A stretch of DNA of 50,893 nt, the filler included, from Dirinaria sp. TL-2023a (lineage: Eukaryota), in assembly GCA_051941275.1 (NCBI GenBank). It is 2 parts of 2 records of this genome, joined end to end, with 100 filler letters (N's around TTAATTAATTAA, not from the genome) between each part and the next. Parts side by side here need not be neighbours in the genome. Positions count along the whole stretch, not along the records: positions 25,554 to 50,893 come from JAVEBF010000174.1; 1 more part is not named here. The stretch is one strand, 5' to 3'. Below are positions 50,751 through 50,893 of the stretch, piece after piece. The position numbers were made by a program, and so were the translations under genes. Each line of letters starts with the position of its first letter. Position 1 is the first letter of the stretch. The notes beneath the pieces were generated by a model, which did not search any database, was not told the origin of the DNA, and worked only from the letters and a program-made list of their open reading frames with translations.

Positions 50751-50863
50751 AACGAGGAAGCGGCTCGTAACAATGCTCTACCTCCATCAAAAAATCTCGG
50801 TCTATGCTCGGATCGAGACAGAAGGCATGGCGCATGGCCCCTTACAAACCCCTCGTTCGAACA
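50751..50863 (-). ncRNA. Candidate hairpin small-RNA locus, copy 2
   Basis: Same 25-mer at 50751-50775. On the minus strand aacgaggggtttgtaa pairs with ttacgagcc..ttcctcgtt using G-U pairs. Confidence 0.45.
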
Positions 50864-50893
50864 TGTTCGTCTCTAGTTTCTATTGTATATTTT

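Noticed and set aside
50434..50863. CRISPR-like array, tRNA, or U4/U6 snRNA reading of the 25-nt repeats (GCATGGCCCCT and GTTCGAAC are present)
   Set aside because: Eukaryotic context, only two exact repeats and no cas genes. No cloverleaf, no ACAGAGA box, and the Sm-like site is in only one copy.

Overview
Intron-rich DNA from a filamentous ascomycete (Pezizomycotina). The orphan secreted proteins suggest a lichen-forming Lecanoromycete, which is inference only. An artificial N44-TTAATTAATTAA-N44 spacer at 25454-25553 splits the window, so the two halves may not be truly adjacent. The left half is accessory. It starts with a RIP-damaged, intron-containing pogo/Fot1 transposon next to a decaying eremophilane/PR-toxin-like sesquiterpene cluster. 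That cluster has an FAD-oxidase pseudogene, an aristolochene-synthase-like cyclase with two frameshifts, a P450 with a nonsense codon, an intact Zn2Cys6 regulator, a PTH11-like pseudogene and a second, intact P450. After it come a chromate transporter, a LaeA-like methyltransferase and secreted orphans. The right half has a secreted Kex2-type repeat protein, RPS18, SDO1, a peroxisomal HAD hydrolase with an internal repeat insert, SEC63, an Argonaute, an ALO1-like lactone oxidase, a PTH11-like membrane protein and a small basic protein. The most intriguing unexplained signals are non-coding: (1) two tandem hairpins at 50.4-50.9 kb sharing an invariant 25-nt arm that resembles the 18S rRNA 3' end; (2) a ~130-bp inverted-repeat element with telomere-like arms; (3) a strongly clustered TAAGGTA motif. 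All family assignments come from motif recognition, not database searches.
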